Position numbers and translations under genes: made by a program. This document shows, in pieces, positions 17,729-26,218 of a stretch of 64,000 nucleotides of DNA (its first letter is position 1; every line of letters starts with the position of its first letter). The stretch is taken from NCBI GenBank assembly GCA_021404785.1, contig QWHH01000001.1, positions 156,760 through 220,759 of the forward strand, in the 5' to 3' direction. The stretch comes from Lysobacterales bacterium PRO7. GTDB taxonomy: Bacteria > Pseudomonadota > Gammaproteobacteria > Xanthomonadales > Rhodanobacteraceae. Below the pieces are notes generated by a model. That model saw nothing but the letters and a program-made list of their open reading frames with translations, had not been told where the DNA came from and searched no databases.

Positions 17729-18604
17729 TTGAAATATTCGACACGTGAAATATTCGACACGTCCCGGCTCCTTCGCCATGCTGCTGGAATCTGCTCATTT
17801 ATCCGTCTGAATGCTTTCACGTGCGGCCTTCTTGCTTGTCATTCTTCTCGAACAGACTTCGCCAAGGCAAAGAGCTTGGCGACAGATGCCGTGAACGCGG
17901 GTGATGTCATGGCGAATCAGCTCCTGGGGAGGATCTACCAGGAGGGTCTTGGGGTATCACCTGACGTGGATACGGCCTTTGTGTCTTTTCCCAAAGCCGC
18001 TGATGCTGGCGATCCCGTCGCTCAGTACGATGTAGCACGGGCCTATTATTTCGGCGAAGGTGTCTCCAAGAACATCGAACTAGCGTATCGCTTTGCGAGG
18101 AGCGCATATTGCGGGAAAGTAAAGCCATCCGCGCTGATTGTTTCGCGAGAATATTTTGACAACTCGGATTCTGCTGAGAGCGTTACCACCGGCATCCGGG
18201 TATTGGACGACTTGGCCGCAGACGGTGATGGAGACGCTTGCCTGGTCATTTCAGATATCTACCTGTCCTCGAAGTACAACCGGAAGGATCCAAGCAAGGC
18301 GATCATCTACCTAAGGTGTGCGGCGAAAGCTGGATTGGTTCGGGGTAAGTACTTGTATGGAGCAACATTGCTTCGGTATGGGAAAAGCCATGAAGATTTC
18401 AACGCCGCTGAGCAATATCTTACGGAAGCGGCGAATAGCGGCAGCGTGGATGCGGCGTTCGACCTGGGAGTTGCATACCAACGTGGTATAGAACTCCAGG
18501 GCGATGTCGAAAAAGCACGCCATTGGCTAGAGGTTGCTGTTGAGCGTGGTAATGTTGACGCGGCACAAATGTTGAAAACTATGAGCCCACACGCTGACCA
18601 ATGA
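17729..18604 (+). CDS. Sel1-like repeat protein; start uncertain, possibly frameshifted
   Basis: Repeats LGRIYQEGLGV, AADAGDPVAQYDVARAYYFGEGV, AANSGSVDAAFDLGVAYQRG. Confidence 0.85.
   Translation: MKYSTREIFDTSRLLRHAAGICSFIRLNAFTCGLLACHSSRTDFAKAKSLATDAVNAGDVMANQLLGRIYQEGLGVSPDVDTAFVSFPKAADAGDPVAQYDVARAYYFGEGVSKNIELAYRFARSAYCGKVKPSALIVSREYFDNSDSAESVTTGIRVLDDLAADGDGDACLVISDIYLSSKYNRKDPSKAIIYLRCAAKAGLVRGKYLYGATLLRYGKSHEDFNAAEQYLTEAANSGSVDAAFDLGVAYQRGIELQGDVEKARHWLEVAVERGNVDAAQMLKTMSPHADQ
17730..17761. repeat. Perfect 16-bp tandem duplication
   Basis: TGAAATATTCGACACG x2. Confidence 0.95.
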
Positions 18605-19177
18605 AATCAGCGCACAGTCCGGAATTCTGATTCGCGCCGGGTCGATGAAACTGCTTGACGAAGTACACAGATGGGTCGCCTTACGGGCCGCGCTCTCGGG
18701 CTGCGCCGCGAGTCGGTTCCCGTCTCGCCCAAGAGCCGGAGCAGTGCGTCCCACAATCGCGGCGACGTGAGGGCGTCGTCAAAATCGCCGCACTTCCCCT
18801 AAGTCATCCTTGAACTCGAATATCCACGGTGCAGCCCGCCTCGCCGGGCGCGCAGCGTAATTTCTTGCCATCCTCATTCGGAATGCGCTGCGAATTTTGC
18901 GCTATTGGCCGTTGCAACTCGCGGTAGCGCCTGCCTTGTGGCACGACGTTAGAGCTTGGTGGACGCCATCTTCTCCGCCGGGTTGAGCGGGTGCTTTAGG
19001 CGGGTGATCCTGGGCGGGGCGGCATCCGCTGCAAAAGCCACACGGCCCCGTGTAGTCGCTTCGCTCCGGCCCGCGCCAGGCCGTGTTGCGCTGCGCGCTC
19101 CCTTGCACCGCACGCCGTGAACCACGCCGAAGCTGATCCCCGCGCACCCGCGCAATCAACCCAACGGAGAAAACATC

Positions 19178-19405
19178 ATGGCCAAGAAACCCACCAAACC
19201 CGCTTCCGATGCCACGCGCTTGACGGCCTACACAGTCCGCGAGTTCGAGCACAACAACGAAACCAAGCGCGACTGGATGCGCATCGGCGTTGCCTTCCCG
19301 CACGAGGATGGCAAGGGATTCAATCTGACGCTGCACGCGGTTCCGGTCGACGGCAGTGTCGTGCTGCGCTTGTACGAGCCCAAGGAAGACGCACCGCAGG
19401 AATGA
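19178..19405 (+). CDS. Conserved small mobile-element protein (75 aa)
   Basis: RBS cggaga; WMRIGVAFPHEDGKGFNLTL motif. Confidence 0.8.
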   Translation: MAKKPTKPASDATRLTAYTVREFEHNNETKRDWMRIGVAFPHEDGKGFNLTLHAVPVDGSVVLRLYEPKEDAPQE

Positions 19406-19424
19406 TCCTGCGGGTTCAATGACG

Positions 19425-19453
19425 ACCGGCGCCCTCGCGGCGCCGGTTTTTTT
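19425..19453 (+). terminator. Rho-independent terminator, identical to 3475-3503
   Basis: ACCGGCGCC-CTCGC-GGCGCCGG-T7. Confidence 0.85.
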
Positions 19454-19872
19454 GTGGCCGCGATTCAAACGGCGCACTGGCGCGCGCCGACCGGCCAAGC
19501 TAAGCACTCCGTTGCCGGCGTGTTGCTCTCCGAGCGGCAATGCTTCCGGGCCCAGGCAGTTTCCGCGTTTTTCGAGTGCCGCGGAATCGGCAAATACCGC
19601 GCCGTCGTGTAGGAAATTCCTGACAGCGTCCAATTCACGGCAGCTTTCGCCAGACGCAATTCACTCGGGTTCGGCGAGGCGATGCGGCGATTCGCGTCTG
19701 GCCGGTTCGCCTCATCGCGTGGCGATTTTCACGACGGCCTCGGCGGTGTTTTCTGCCGCCAGCGTGGCGCTTGCGGCCTTTGCGCGGCAAGGGTCAAGAC
19801 GAGCGCTACGCGCCCTTGCCGCGCGACCGTGCGCGCTTTCCGTGGCGGCCCACACCGCCCACGGAGGCCATC

Positions 19873-20358
19873 ATGCAATACCAACTCGACACTGCCGGCA
19901 ATTACCTATTCGCAGGTCCGGTCGACGAATTCACGATCCTGCACGTCGCCGAACGCATTCGTGAAGCGCGCTTTCATCGCGAAACCGTCATGCGCGATCC
20001 GCGCACCACCCGCGAGTTCCTCGTCGCCAAGCTCGCGCATCTGCCGCACGAGGTGTTCGCCGTCATCTTCCTCGACAACCGGCACGCCGTGCTCGGCTTT
20101 GAGATCCTGTTTACGGGCACGCTCGATGGCGCATCGGTGCATCCGCGTGAAGTCGTGCGGCGCGTGCTGCATCACAACGCCGCCGCCGTGGTCCTCGCGC
20201 ACAACCACCCGTCGGGCTATCCCGAACCGAGCATGGCTGACCGGAACATCACCGGTCAGCTCAAGACAGTGCTTGGAAACATCGACACCCGCGTGCTCGA
20301 TCACATCATCGTCGGCGGCTGCCAGACGGTATCCTTCGCCGAAAGGGGACTGATCTAG
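19873..20358 (+). CDS. radC: RadC-like JAB-domain protein
   Basis: HEVFAVIFLD, GTLDGASVHPREVV, LAHNHPSG, VLDHIIVG; RBS ggagg. Confidence 0.95.
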   Translation: MQYQLDTAGNYLFAGPVDEFTILHVAERIREARFHRETVMRDPRTTREFLVAKLAHLPHEVFAVIFLDNRHAVLGFEILFTGTLDGASVHPREVVRRVLHHNAAAVVLAHNHPSGYPEPSMADRNITGQLKTVLGNIDTRVLDHIIVGGCQTVSFAERGLI

Positions 20359-20375
20359 GCCGCGCTGCATGGCGT

Positions 20376-20957
20376 CTAGCCGGCGGCGCGCTGCGCACGC
20401 GCCGCCATCGCCCGAATCCGCGCGCACCATACGTCGGCGGCCTCGCTGACGAGCGCGTGCAGCCCGCCGCCTTCGGTGCATGCGGTGTTGAGCACGGTGA
20501 GGCTGTGCAGCGGCATCGCAGGATCGCTGACGGTGGTTCGCACTTCGACACGGGTGACTTTGTGATGCGTGGCTTGACGCCGGCCGCCGACGGGAACGCC
20601 GATGCCGCCGACCATAACGATGACGCCTCTGCCGGGCGCCACTGTTTTCGTGGTCCGGTTCTCGAAGACGTCCACGGCGACGACATCGGCGGCGCGGACG
20701 CAATGGGAAGTGATGGCGCCGTTCACGCGCCAGAAGAAACAGAGCGTTCCACTGCCTTCGTCGATGGTAACCGCATCGCGAGCGCCGCTGCCGATACGGT
20801 GGTAGTCACAACGAAAATCCGGTAGACCCGCAATGGCCTTGCGCATTTGCGCGTGGCGCTTGTGGTCCGCGATCAAGCTGTAGACGAACGCGGCGACGGC
20901 GAGGCCGAGCGCGATCAGGATTAGGTCGATAAGGCCCACAAGTTCCTCCCGGTGCAT
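20376..20957 (-). CDS. Hypothetical protein with one N-terminal membrane anchor
   Basis: LIDLILIALGLAVAAFVYSLI followed by a beta-rich soluble region. Confidence 0.65.
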   Translation of the reverse strand: MHREELVGLIDLILIALGLAVAAFVYSLIADHKRHAQMRKAIAGLPDFRCDYHRIGSGARDAVTIDEGSGTLCFFWRVNGAITSHCVRAADVVAVDVFENRTTKTVAPGRGVIVMVGGIGVPVGGRRQATHHKVTRVEVRTTVSDPAMPLHSLTVLNTACTEGGGLHALVSEAADVWCARIRAMAARAQRAAG

Positions 20958-21069
20958 GACGGCAGCGCAAACCCAATCGTAATCGATGCAGGCCATCCGT
21001 CGGCTGAACCGGGTGTGATGGCAGTCACGCACCTTGGGCGAAGGTCTTTCCTCTGCGGCGATTTCGCGT

Positions 21070-21089
21070 TAGATAGTCTAATTTGTCTA
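21070..21089. promoter_or_regulatory. TAGAC-motif operator candidate upstream of repA
   Basis: TAGATAGTCTAATTTGTCTA; related sites at 22386, 46115 and 57100. Confidence 0.6.
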
Positions 21090-21108
21090 GTGCGTGTAAT
21101 CTTCGGGC

Positions 21109-22026
21109 ATGACCGACTCCGGAACCGGCGCGCTCAGCCGCCACGATGCGCGCTTCATCCGCGATGCCCTGTCCATTCAGGACGCCGATCCGCGCGATAC
21201 GCACAATCTCGGCTATACGGCGCGCATTCTCACCATCGCCACGCTCCCGCACCGCGCCCAGCCGGGGGACCATTTCGAGCGCACGAATGGGAATTACCGG
21301 CTGGTCGTGCAGGCGATGCCGGGCGCCGGCCTGCCGTTCGGCAGCTATCCACGTCTGTTGCTGGCGTGGCTTGCCACGGAAATCGTGCGCACGCGGCAGC
21401 GGGAGCTTGCCATCGGCGCCTCGATGGCGGACTTCCTGCGCCAGCTTGGCCTCGGGCGTAGCGGCGGGCGTGCGGCTCACGCGCGCAGTGCCGGCACGAT
21501 CCATCGGCTTAAATGCCAAATCATGAGCCTGTTCGGCTCGCGGCTCATCCTGCACAAGCAGTCCTCGCGCGAGCAGATCGAACTGCTGCAGATCGGCGAG
21601 AGGTTTGACTTCTGGACCGATCCCGCGAAACCCGGTGTGCTGCCCGGAACCTTGCGCGTCAGCGAACCCTTGTACGAGCATATCCTGCGCGCGCCCGTGC
21701 CCGTGGACCTGCGCGCCTTGCGCGCGCTGAAACGCTCGCCGCTGGCATTGGACGTGTATACCTGGCTTACGCACCGCAACTTCGTCCAGCAGAACGGCGG
21801 ACGCAAGCAAGCCATGGTTCCCTGGGGCGCCTTGCAGCGGCAGTTCGGTTCAGATTACCCACTCGACAGCCGCGGACGCGCCGACTTCAAGAAGGCGTTT
21901 CACAGTGCCTATCGGCGCGTGCAACTGGTTTATCCGAAAGCCAGTGTCCGCGACAACGGCGATTGCCTGACCCTGATCACGACCGCGCCGCACATTCGTA
22001 CCCATCGGTTGATCGGTACGCGCTGA
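21109..22026 (+). CDS. repA: Plasmid-type replication initiator (RepA_C family)
   Basis: GLPFGSYPRLLLAWLATE, SPLALDVYTWLTHR, WGALQRQFGSDY. Confidence 0.92.
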   Translation: MTDSGTGALSRHDARFIRDALSIQDADPRDTHNLGYTARILTIATLPHRAQPGDHFERTNGNYRLVVQAMPGAGLPFGSYPRLLLAWLATEIVRTRQRELAIGASMADFLRQLGLGRSGGRAAHARSAGTIHRLKCQIMSLFGSRLILHKQSSREQIELLQIGERFDFWTDPAKPGVLPGTLRVSEPLYEHILRAPVPVDLRALRALKRSPLALDVYTWLTHRNFVQQNGGRKQAMVPWGALQRQFGSDYPLDSRGRADFKKAFHSAYRRVQLVYPKASVRDNGDCLTLITTAPHIRTHRLIGTR

Positions 22027-22076
22027 CACCTGCCGCATTTGCATCGCGCCGGACACTCGGCGCGGGTACGTCGTGC

Positions 22077-22348
22077 CTGTGGATATGTGGATAAGTAGGG
22101 GTTTTCGACCGACTTATCCACGCCGCTTCGCTCCCAGGATTGCGCTGCTTGACTCCCAAGATTGCGCCGCTTCGCTCCCAAGAAAGTAGAAATATGCGCC
22201 GCTTCACTCCCAAAACTGCGCCGCTTGACTCCCAAGAAAGGCAATTACCTCGTTGATGCGCAAAGCAAAAAAGAGCGCCTGTATTACCTGTATTTCTTTC
22301 CTGTAGCTCCGGTATCTCCGGTAGTTGGCAACAAGGGTCTGTGGATAA
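22077..22348. repeat. Putative oriV: five ~20-bp iterons, DnaA boxes and 9-bp-spaced CCTGTA/CCGGTA repeats
   Basis: GCGCCGCTT(C/G)(G/A)CTCCCAAGA-like units at 22120, 22142, 22164, 22196, 22218; TGTGGATAA at 22086 and 22340, TTATCCACG at 22114. Confidence 0.88.
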
Positions 22349-22399
22349 AACGGCTAGAGCGGGGGGGCTTGCAAAATAGATCGCATAGTTGGTCTAATT

Positions 22400-22415
22400 G
22401 GTTTCACGTGAAACA
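22400..22415. promoter_or_regulatory. parS: parS site of the chromosomal consensus type
   Basis: GGTTTCACGTGAAACA, one mismatch to TGTTTCACGTGAAACA; about 420 bp upstream of parA. Confidence 0.8.
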
Positions 22416-22430
22416 CGCGGAGCGCAAACG

Positions 22431-22814
22431 ATGAAATGCTGGCTCGTGGGATTGGTGGCTTTCGTGAACACGGCAGGAGCCGTGCCGCTGTATCTGGAAC
22501 TGGACGGCGCGTACTACACCGTCGCGCCCGGCAGTACGGTCGAATACGAAGGCAGCGCCTGGGTTGCGCCACAAACCTCCATGATCGGCTGCAATCGCCG
22601 CAACAACCAGGTGCAGCAGTTCTCCGACTTCGATCTGTTCTACGGCCCCAATCTCGACGTCGTGTACTTGTCGGCAAGCACGTATTCGTGCGTCGGCGAT
22701 GCGGTGGATGAGGCGTGCGTGCTCGCCATGACGAGCACAACCGGCGACATCGTCTGCGGCGGCGCGGTTGCCGCACCCGATCCGATATTCGCGAACGGCT
22801 TCGAGAGCCGATAG
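22431..22814 (+). CDS. Small secreted protein with C-terminal DPIFANGFE motif
   Basis: Signal peptide MKCWLVGLVAFVNTAGA; ends PDPIFANGFESR. Confidence 0.8.
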   Translation: MKCWLVGLVAFVNTAGAVPLYLELDGAYYTVAPGSTVEYEGSAWVAPQTSMIGCNRRNNQVQQFSDFDLFYGPNLDVVYLSASTYSCVGDAVDEACVLAMTSTTGDIVCGGAVAAPDPIFANGFESR

Positions 22815-22835
22815 GCCCCCGCCGAAGGATTACCC

Positions 22836-23606
22836 ATGACCCGTATCATCGCCTGCGCCAACCTCAAAGGCGGCGAGGGCAAGACGACCATCGCGCGGCA
22901 CTTGGCCTATCACGCGGCATCGCGCGGATTGAAGACATTGGCGGTCGATCTCGATCCGCAGGGCAATCTGACCGATTCCCTCATGCCCGAGGGCGAAGGG
23001 ACGTACACGCAATCTTCCGGTTTGTTCGAGTCCGGTTTTTCGCATGCGAAATTGCACCTGGCCGAATCCGACCGGAACCTCTCGCTGCTACCGGCCGACG
23101 CGCGACTGGATACGCTGGCCGAAATACCCGGCAGCCGCAGCGCGTTCGTGCAACGCGTGCGCGCGAACCTGCGCGCCATCGCGGATTTCGATGTGATTGT
23201 GGTCGATACGCCGACCAATGCGCCGATCTGCTACTTGGCGGGGTTGGCCGCGGCCGATGGTGCCGTCTCGCCGGTGCAGATGGATGTGTATGGCATATCC
23301 GGCGCGGTGCGCCTGACCCAGGCGATCCAGCGCGTGCGCGCGCACTACAACCCGCGCCTGATCCACATCGGTTTTGTGGTGAATCGCTTCAACAGTCGCG
23401 CGGCCTCGCATGCGCAACTGCTAGAGCAGTTCCGGGCCAAGCGCTTGCGCCTGCTCTCCACCGTGTTGCGCGAGCGCGTGGCCGTGCAGGATGCGCTGGG
23501 CCGGCGCATGCCGGTGTGGCGCGGCCCGCGCGGGCGGGTGAACACCCGCGCCGCGCGCGAGATGCGCGCGCTGTGCGCGGAAGTCTTGGCCGGAGTCGGG
23601 CTGTGA
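22836..23606 (+). CDS. parA: ParA family ATPase
   Basis: NLKGGEGKTT Walker A variant, DLDPQGNLT, IVVDTP. Confidence 0.95.
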   Translation: MTRIIACANLKGGEGKTTIARHLAYHAASRGLKTLAVDLDPQGNLTDSLMPEGEGTYTQSSGLFESGFSHAKLHLAESDRNLSLLPADARLDTLAEIPGSRSAFVQRVRANLRAIADFDVIVVDTPTNAPICYLAGLAAADGAVSPVQMDVYGISGAVRLTQAIQRVRAHYNPRLIHIGFVVNRFNSRAASHAQLLEQFRAKRLRLLSTVLRERVAVQDALGRRMPVWRGPRGRVNTRAAREMRALCAEVLAGVGL

Positions 23607-23647
23607 GTGCGCGCGCGACTGCGACAGCGCAGACCAAGGACTTGCGG

Positions 23648-24580
23648 ATGAGCGAGCTGGATCGACTGTCCGACATCGACCGACAGGAGCTGGTACTGGA
23701 ATTGCCGCTCGATGCGATCCAGCCCGATCCGAATCAGCCGCGTCGGACGTTCGATGAGACGAGCCTGCTGGAGCTGGCCGACAGTTTGCGCCGGCTGGGC
23801 CAGATTCATCCGGTCGAGGTGCGCGAGGTCGAGGGAAGTTATGTATTGATCGACGGCGAGCGCCGCTGGCGCGCGGCCAAGCTGGCCGAGCTTTCCGCGC
23901 TGCGCGCGCTGATTCGTTTCGCGCCGGATACGCCGGACGAAGTCCGCGACCGGCAGTTTGCGGCGAACTTCCACCGTGATGCGATGGCGCTCATCGACCA
24001 GGCACGCTATCTGCAAGCACGCATCGAAAGTCTTGGATCGGCGGCAGCGGTGAGTCAGGCCATTGGCCTGAGCACCCCGCGCATCCTGAATATCGTCAAG
24101 ACCTTGCGCGCCGAAGGCGCCGCCGCGGAACTGCGCGATGCCGGCATCACGAAAGACGCCGACACCATTGGCGCCGTGGTCGAGGTGCAAAAGCGCGATC
24201 CTGCCGCCGCCCAAGCCCTGGTCGCGGCTGCGCGCGAATCGGGCAAGCTCACGCGCCGCCAGGCACAAGATGCCGCGCGCGCGGTCAAGGGCAAGTCGTC
24301 GCGTGCGTCCGCGCAATCGCAGGCGCGGGAGGACACGCCATCCGGCCGCCGCACGGCGTCCGCCGAACCGCATCTGGTGGTGCGGCTTGCCTGCGAGGGT
24401 ACGCCGACCGAGCGCGCGCACTGGAACAAGCTCTCGCGCGAGCACGGTCGCGCGTGCCTGTCGCTTGTCGCGACGACCGCGCGCCCCGGAAGTGTGCTGG
24501 TCGAGTTCGGCGCGCACAGCGAACCGTTCCGTGCTGACGGTTTGCGCATTCTCGATACCGTGTTTGAGACCGCGCCATGA
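23648..24580 (+). CDS. parB: ParB family partition protein
   Basis: IQPDPNQPRRTF, LIDGERRWRAA; RBS aagga. Confidence 0.92.
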   Translation: MSELDRLSDIDRQELVLELPLDAIQPDPNQPRRTFDETSLLELADSLRRLGQIHPVEVREVEGSYVLIDGERRWRAAKLAELSALRALIRFAPDTPDEVRDRQFAANFHRDAMALIDQARYLQARIESLGSAAAVSQAIGLSTPRILNIVKTLRAEGAAAELRDAGITKDADTIGAVVEVQKRDPAAAQALVAAARESGKLTRRQAQDAARAVKGKSSRASAQSQAREDTPSGRRTASAEPHLVVRLACEGTPTERAHWNKLSREHGRACLSLVATTARPGSVLVEFGAHSEPFRADGLRILDTVFETAP

Positions 24581-25059
24581 AGAGCGACGCCGAAGATACC
24601 CCGCAAGAGGCCGATGCGCTGCGACTGACCGAAGTGCACCTGATGTACCGCAGCAACCGGCGCTACCGGTTGCTGTTCGGTACGCCGTTCGACGTCGTTG
24701 CGATGGACCAGCCGCACCCGCCCAGCGCACGTATTGCGTTCTTCAAACCGGGCGAACGCTTCGGTCTGGCGCTGTGGGAAGCCAACGACTTCGGCACCAT
24801 CCGCTGGCGCGTATTGGTGTGCCGCGCCTTGCATGCCGGACAGACGGGTACTCGCGTGCCGCAGGTGCGCCCCGGCGCGCATGTGTTGCTCGATATTGCA
24901 GGCGCCACGCGCGCCAAGGCAACGCTGCAATGGCTGTCCTCTTACGTTTCCTCCGGCGCCGTCATCGCGCTATCGGATACGGTGTTCATCGAGGCCGAAT
25001 TCCGTATCGCGAACACGCCGCTGTCGCGCTTGAAAGCCTACACGCGGGAGCCGTTATGA
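24577..25059 (+). CDS. DUF2840-like ICE protein
   Basis: LALWEANDFGTIRWRVLVCRA, PQVRPGAHVLL; position between par and traF. Confidence 0.75.
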   Translation: MKSDAEDTPQEADALRLTEVHLMYRSNRRYRLLFGTPFDVVAMDQPHPPSARIAFFKPGERFGLALWEANDFGTIRWRVLVCRALHAGQTGTRVPQVRPGAHVLLDIAGATRAKATLQWLSSYVSSGAVIALSDTVFIEAEFRIANTPLSRLKAYTREPL

Positions 25060-25586
25060 CGGCCCATCAATACATTCGCCTGCTGCGCTTGCTGGCGCTG
25101 GCCGGTGCGCTCGTCGTGCTTGCTTACGGTGCCGGCGCGTTGATTCGTCTGTCCGACCATGCGCTGTATGTGAACGACTCGCCGAGCATGCCGCGCGGGC
25201 TGTACTGGATACACCTGGGAGTGCTGCCATCCGAGCGCGGCGAGGTCGTCGTCTTTCGTCCGACACTGGCCTTCGCACACCTTATCTATGAGCGCGGTTG
25301 GCTGCCTCACGATATGCCGCTGATCAAATCCGTGGGCGGCGTGGCCGGCGACATTTATTGCACCATCGACGGACATTTTGTTGTCGATGGCGAGGACGCA
25401 GGCCCGATCTTCGACCGCGATGCGCAAGGCGCAGTGGTGCCGCAGATGGCGGGCTGTCATCGCGTTGCGCGCGGGACCTTCTTGCCGGTGTCCTCGTACA
25501 TCGCGCGCAGCTTCGATGGCCGTTACATGGGCGCCGTGCCGGCAGCCAATGTCATCGGCACCGGCGTCCCACTGCTGACCTTCTGA
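25056..25586 (+). CDS. traF: Conjugative pilin-processing S26 peptidase
   Basis: VNDSPSMPRGLY, LIKSVGG, RSFDGRYMG. Confidence 0.92.
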   Translation: MTAHQYIRLLRLLALAGALVVLAYGAGALIRLSDHALYVNDSPSMPRGLYWIHLGVLPSERGEVVVFRPTLAFAHLIYERGWLPHDMPLIKSVGGVAGDIYCTIDGHFVVDGEDAGPIFDRDAQGAVVPQMAGCHRVARGTFLPVSSYIARSFDGRYMGAVPAANVIGTGVPLLTF

Positions 25587-25587
25587 T

Positions 25588-26070
25588 ATGCCGCTCGCGA
25601 ACTTCTATGCGGCCTGCGGGCCGTGGGTGCATCCGGACACGATTGCCGCCGTCGCCGCGGTCGAAAGCGGCTCCCGTCCGTGGACGATCGGTACCTCGCA
25701 CGGCGCGTTTTACGCGACGAGCGAAGGAGAGGCGGCAGCATATCTCGCGCAGGCCCTGCGTACCGAATCGAGCGTCGACATCGGCCTGATGCAGATCAAC
25801 TCGCAGTGGATCGCGCGCCTGCAAATTGCGCCCGAAGCGCTGCTCGATCCGTGCATCAATGTGCGCGTGGGCGCGGCAATTCTTGCGGCCGATTTTGTCG
25901 CTGCTGCGCGTCCCGGCCGGGCACCGTTGCAGACCCTGATCGCGGCCTTGGCCGTGTACCACAGCGGATCGGAAAGCGCCGGCATTGCATACGCGCGGCA
26001 GATGCTCGAAGCGGCCATGGCATCGGCCAATCCCACGAGCAATCCGATGAAAAAATCGGGGGCAAGATAA
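25588..26070 (+). CDS. Lytic transglycosylase (VirB1-like)
   Basis: AAVESG catalytic Glu, DIGLMQINSQW, LLDPCINVRVGA, AVYHSG. Confidence 0.9.
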   Translation: MPLANFYAACGPWVHPDTIAAVAAVESGSRPWTIGTSHGAFYATSEGEAAAYLAQALRTESSVDIGLMQINSQWIARLQIAPEALLDPCINVRVGAAILAADFVAAARPGRAPLQTLIAALAVYHSGSESAGIAYARQMLEAAMASANPTSNPMKKSGAR

Positions 26071-26077
26071 AAGTGTG

Positions 26078-26193
26078 TGTACATGAGCCCTCGCAAACCC
26101 AATGGCAGCAAGGCTTTTTGATGTACATGCCATGCGCGGCATGTACATCGGACGCCGCAAACCGCGCCGCTATGCGAGTTTGCGATGTACATC
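26078..26193. other. Candidate oriT
   Basis: Intergenic region upstream of the relaxase; 12-bp perfect inverted repeat 26120-26131/26138-26149 and four TGTACAT copies. Confidence 0.6.
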
Positions 26194-26218
26194 CCCCGAG
26201 ACATGGCGTCAGGACGCC

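Noticed and set aside
22120-22240. Five ~20-bp direct repeats as a CRISPR array
   Set aside because: Spacers are 2 bp (one 12 bp), no cas genes are present, and the position after repA with DnaA boxes fits iterons
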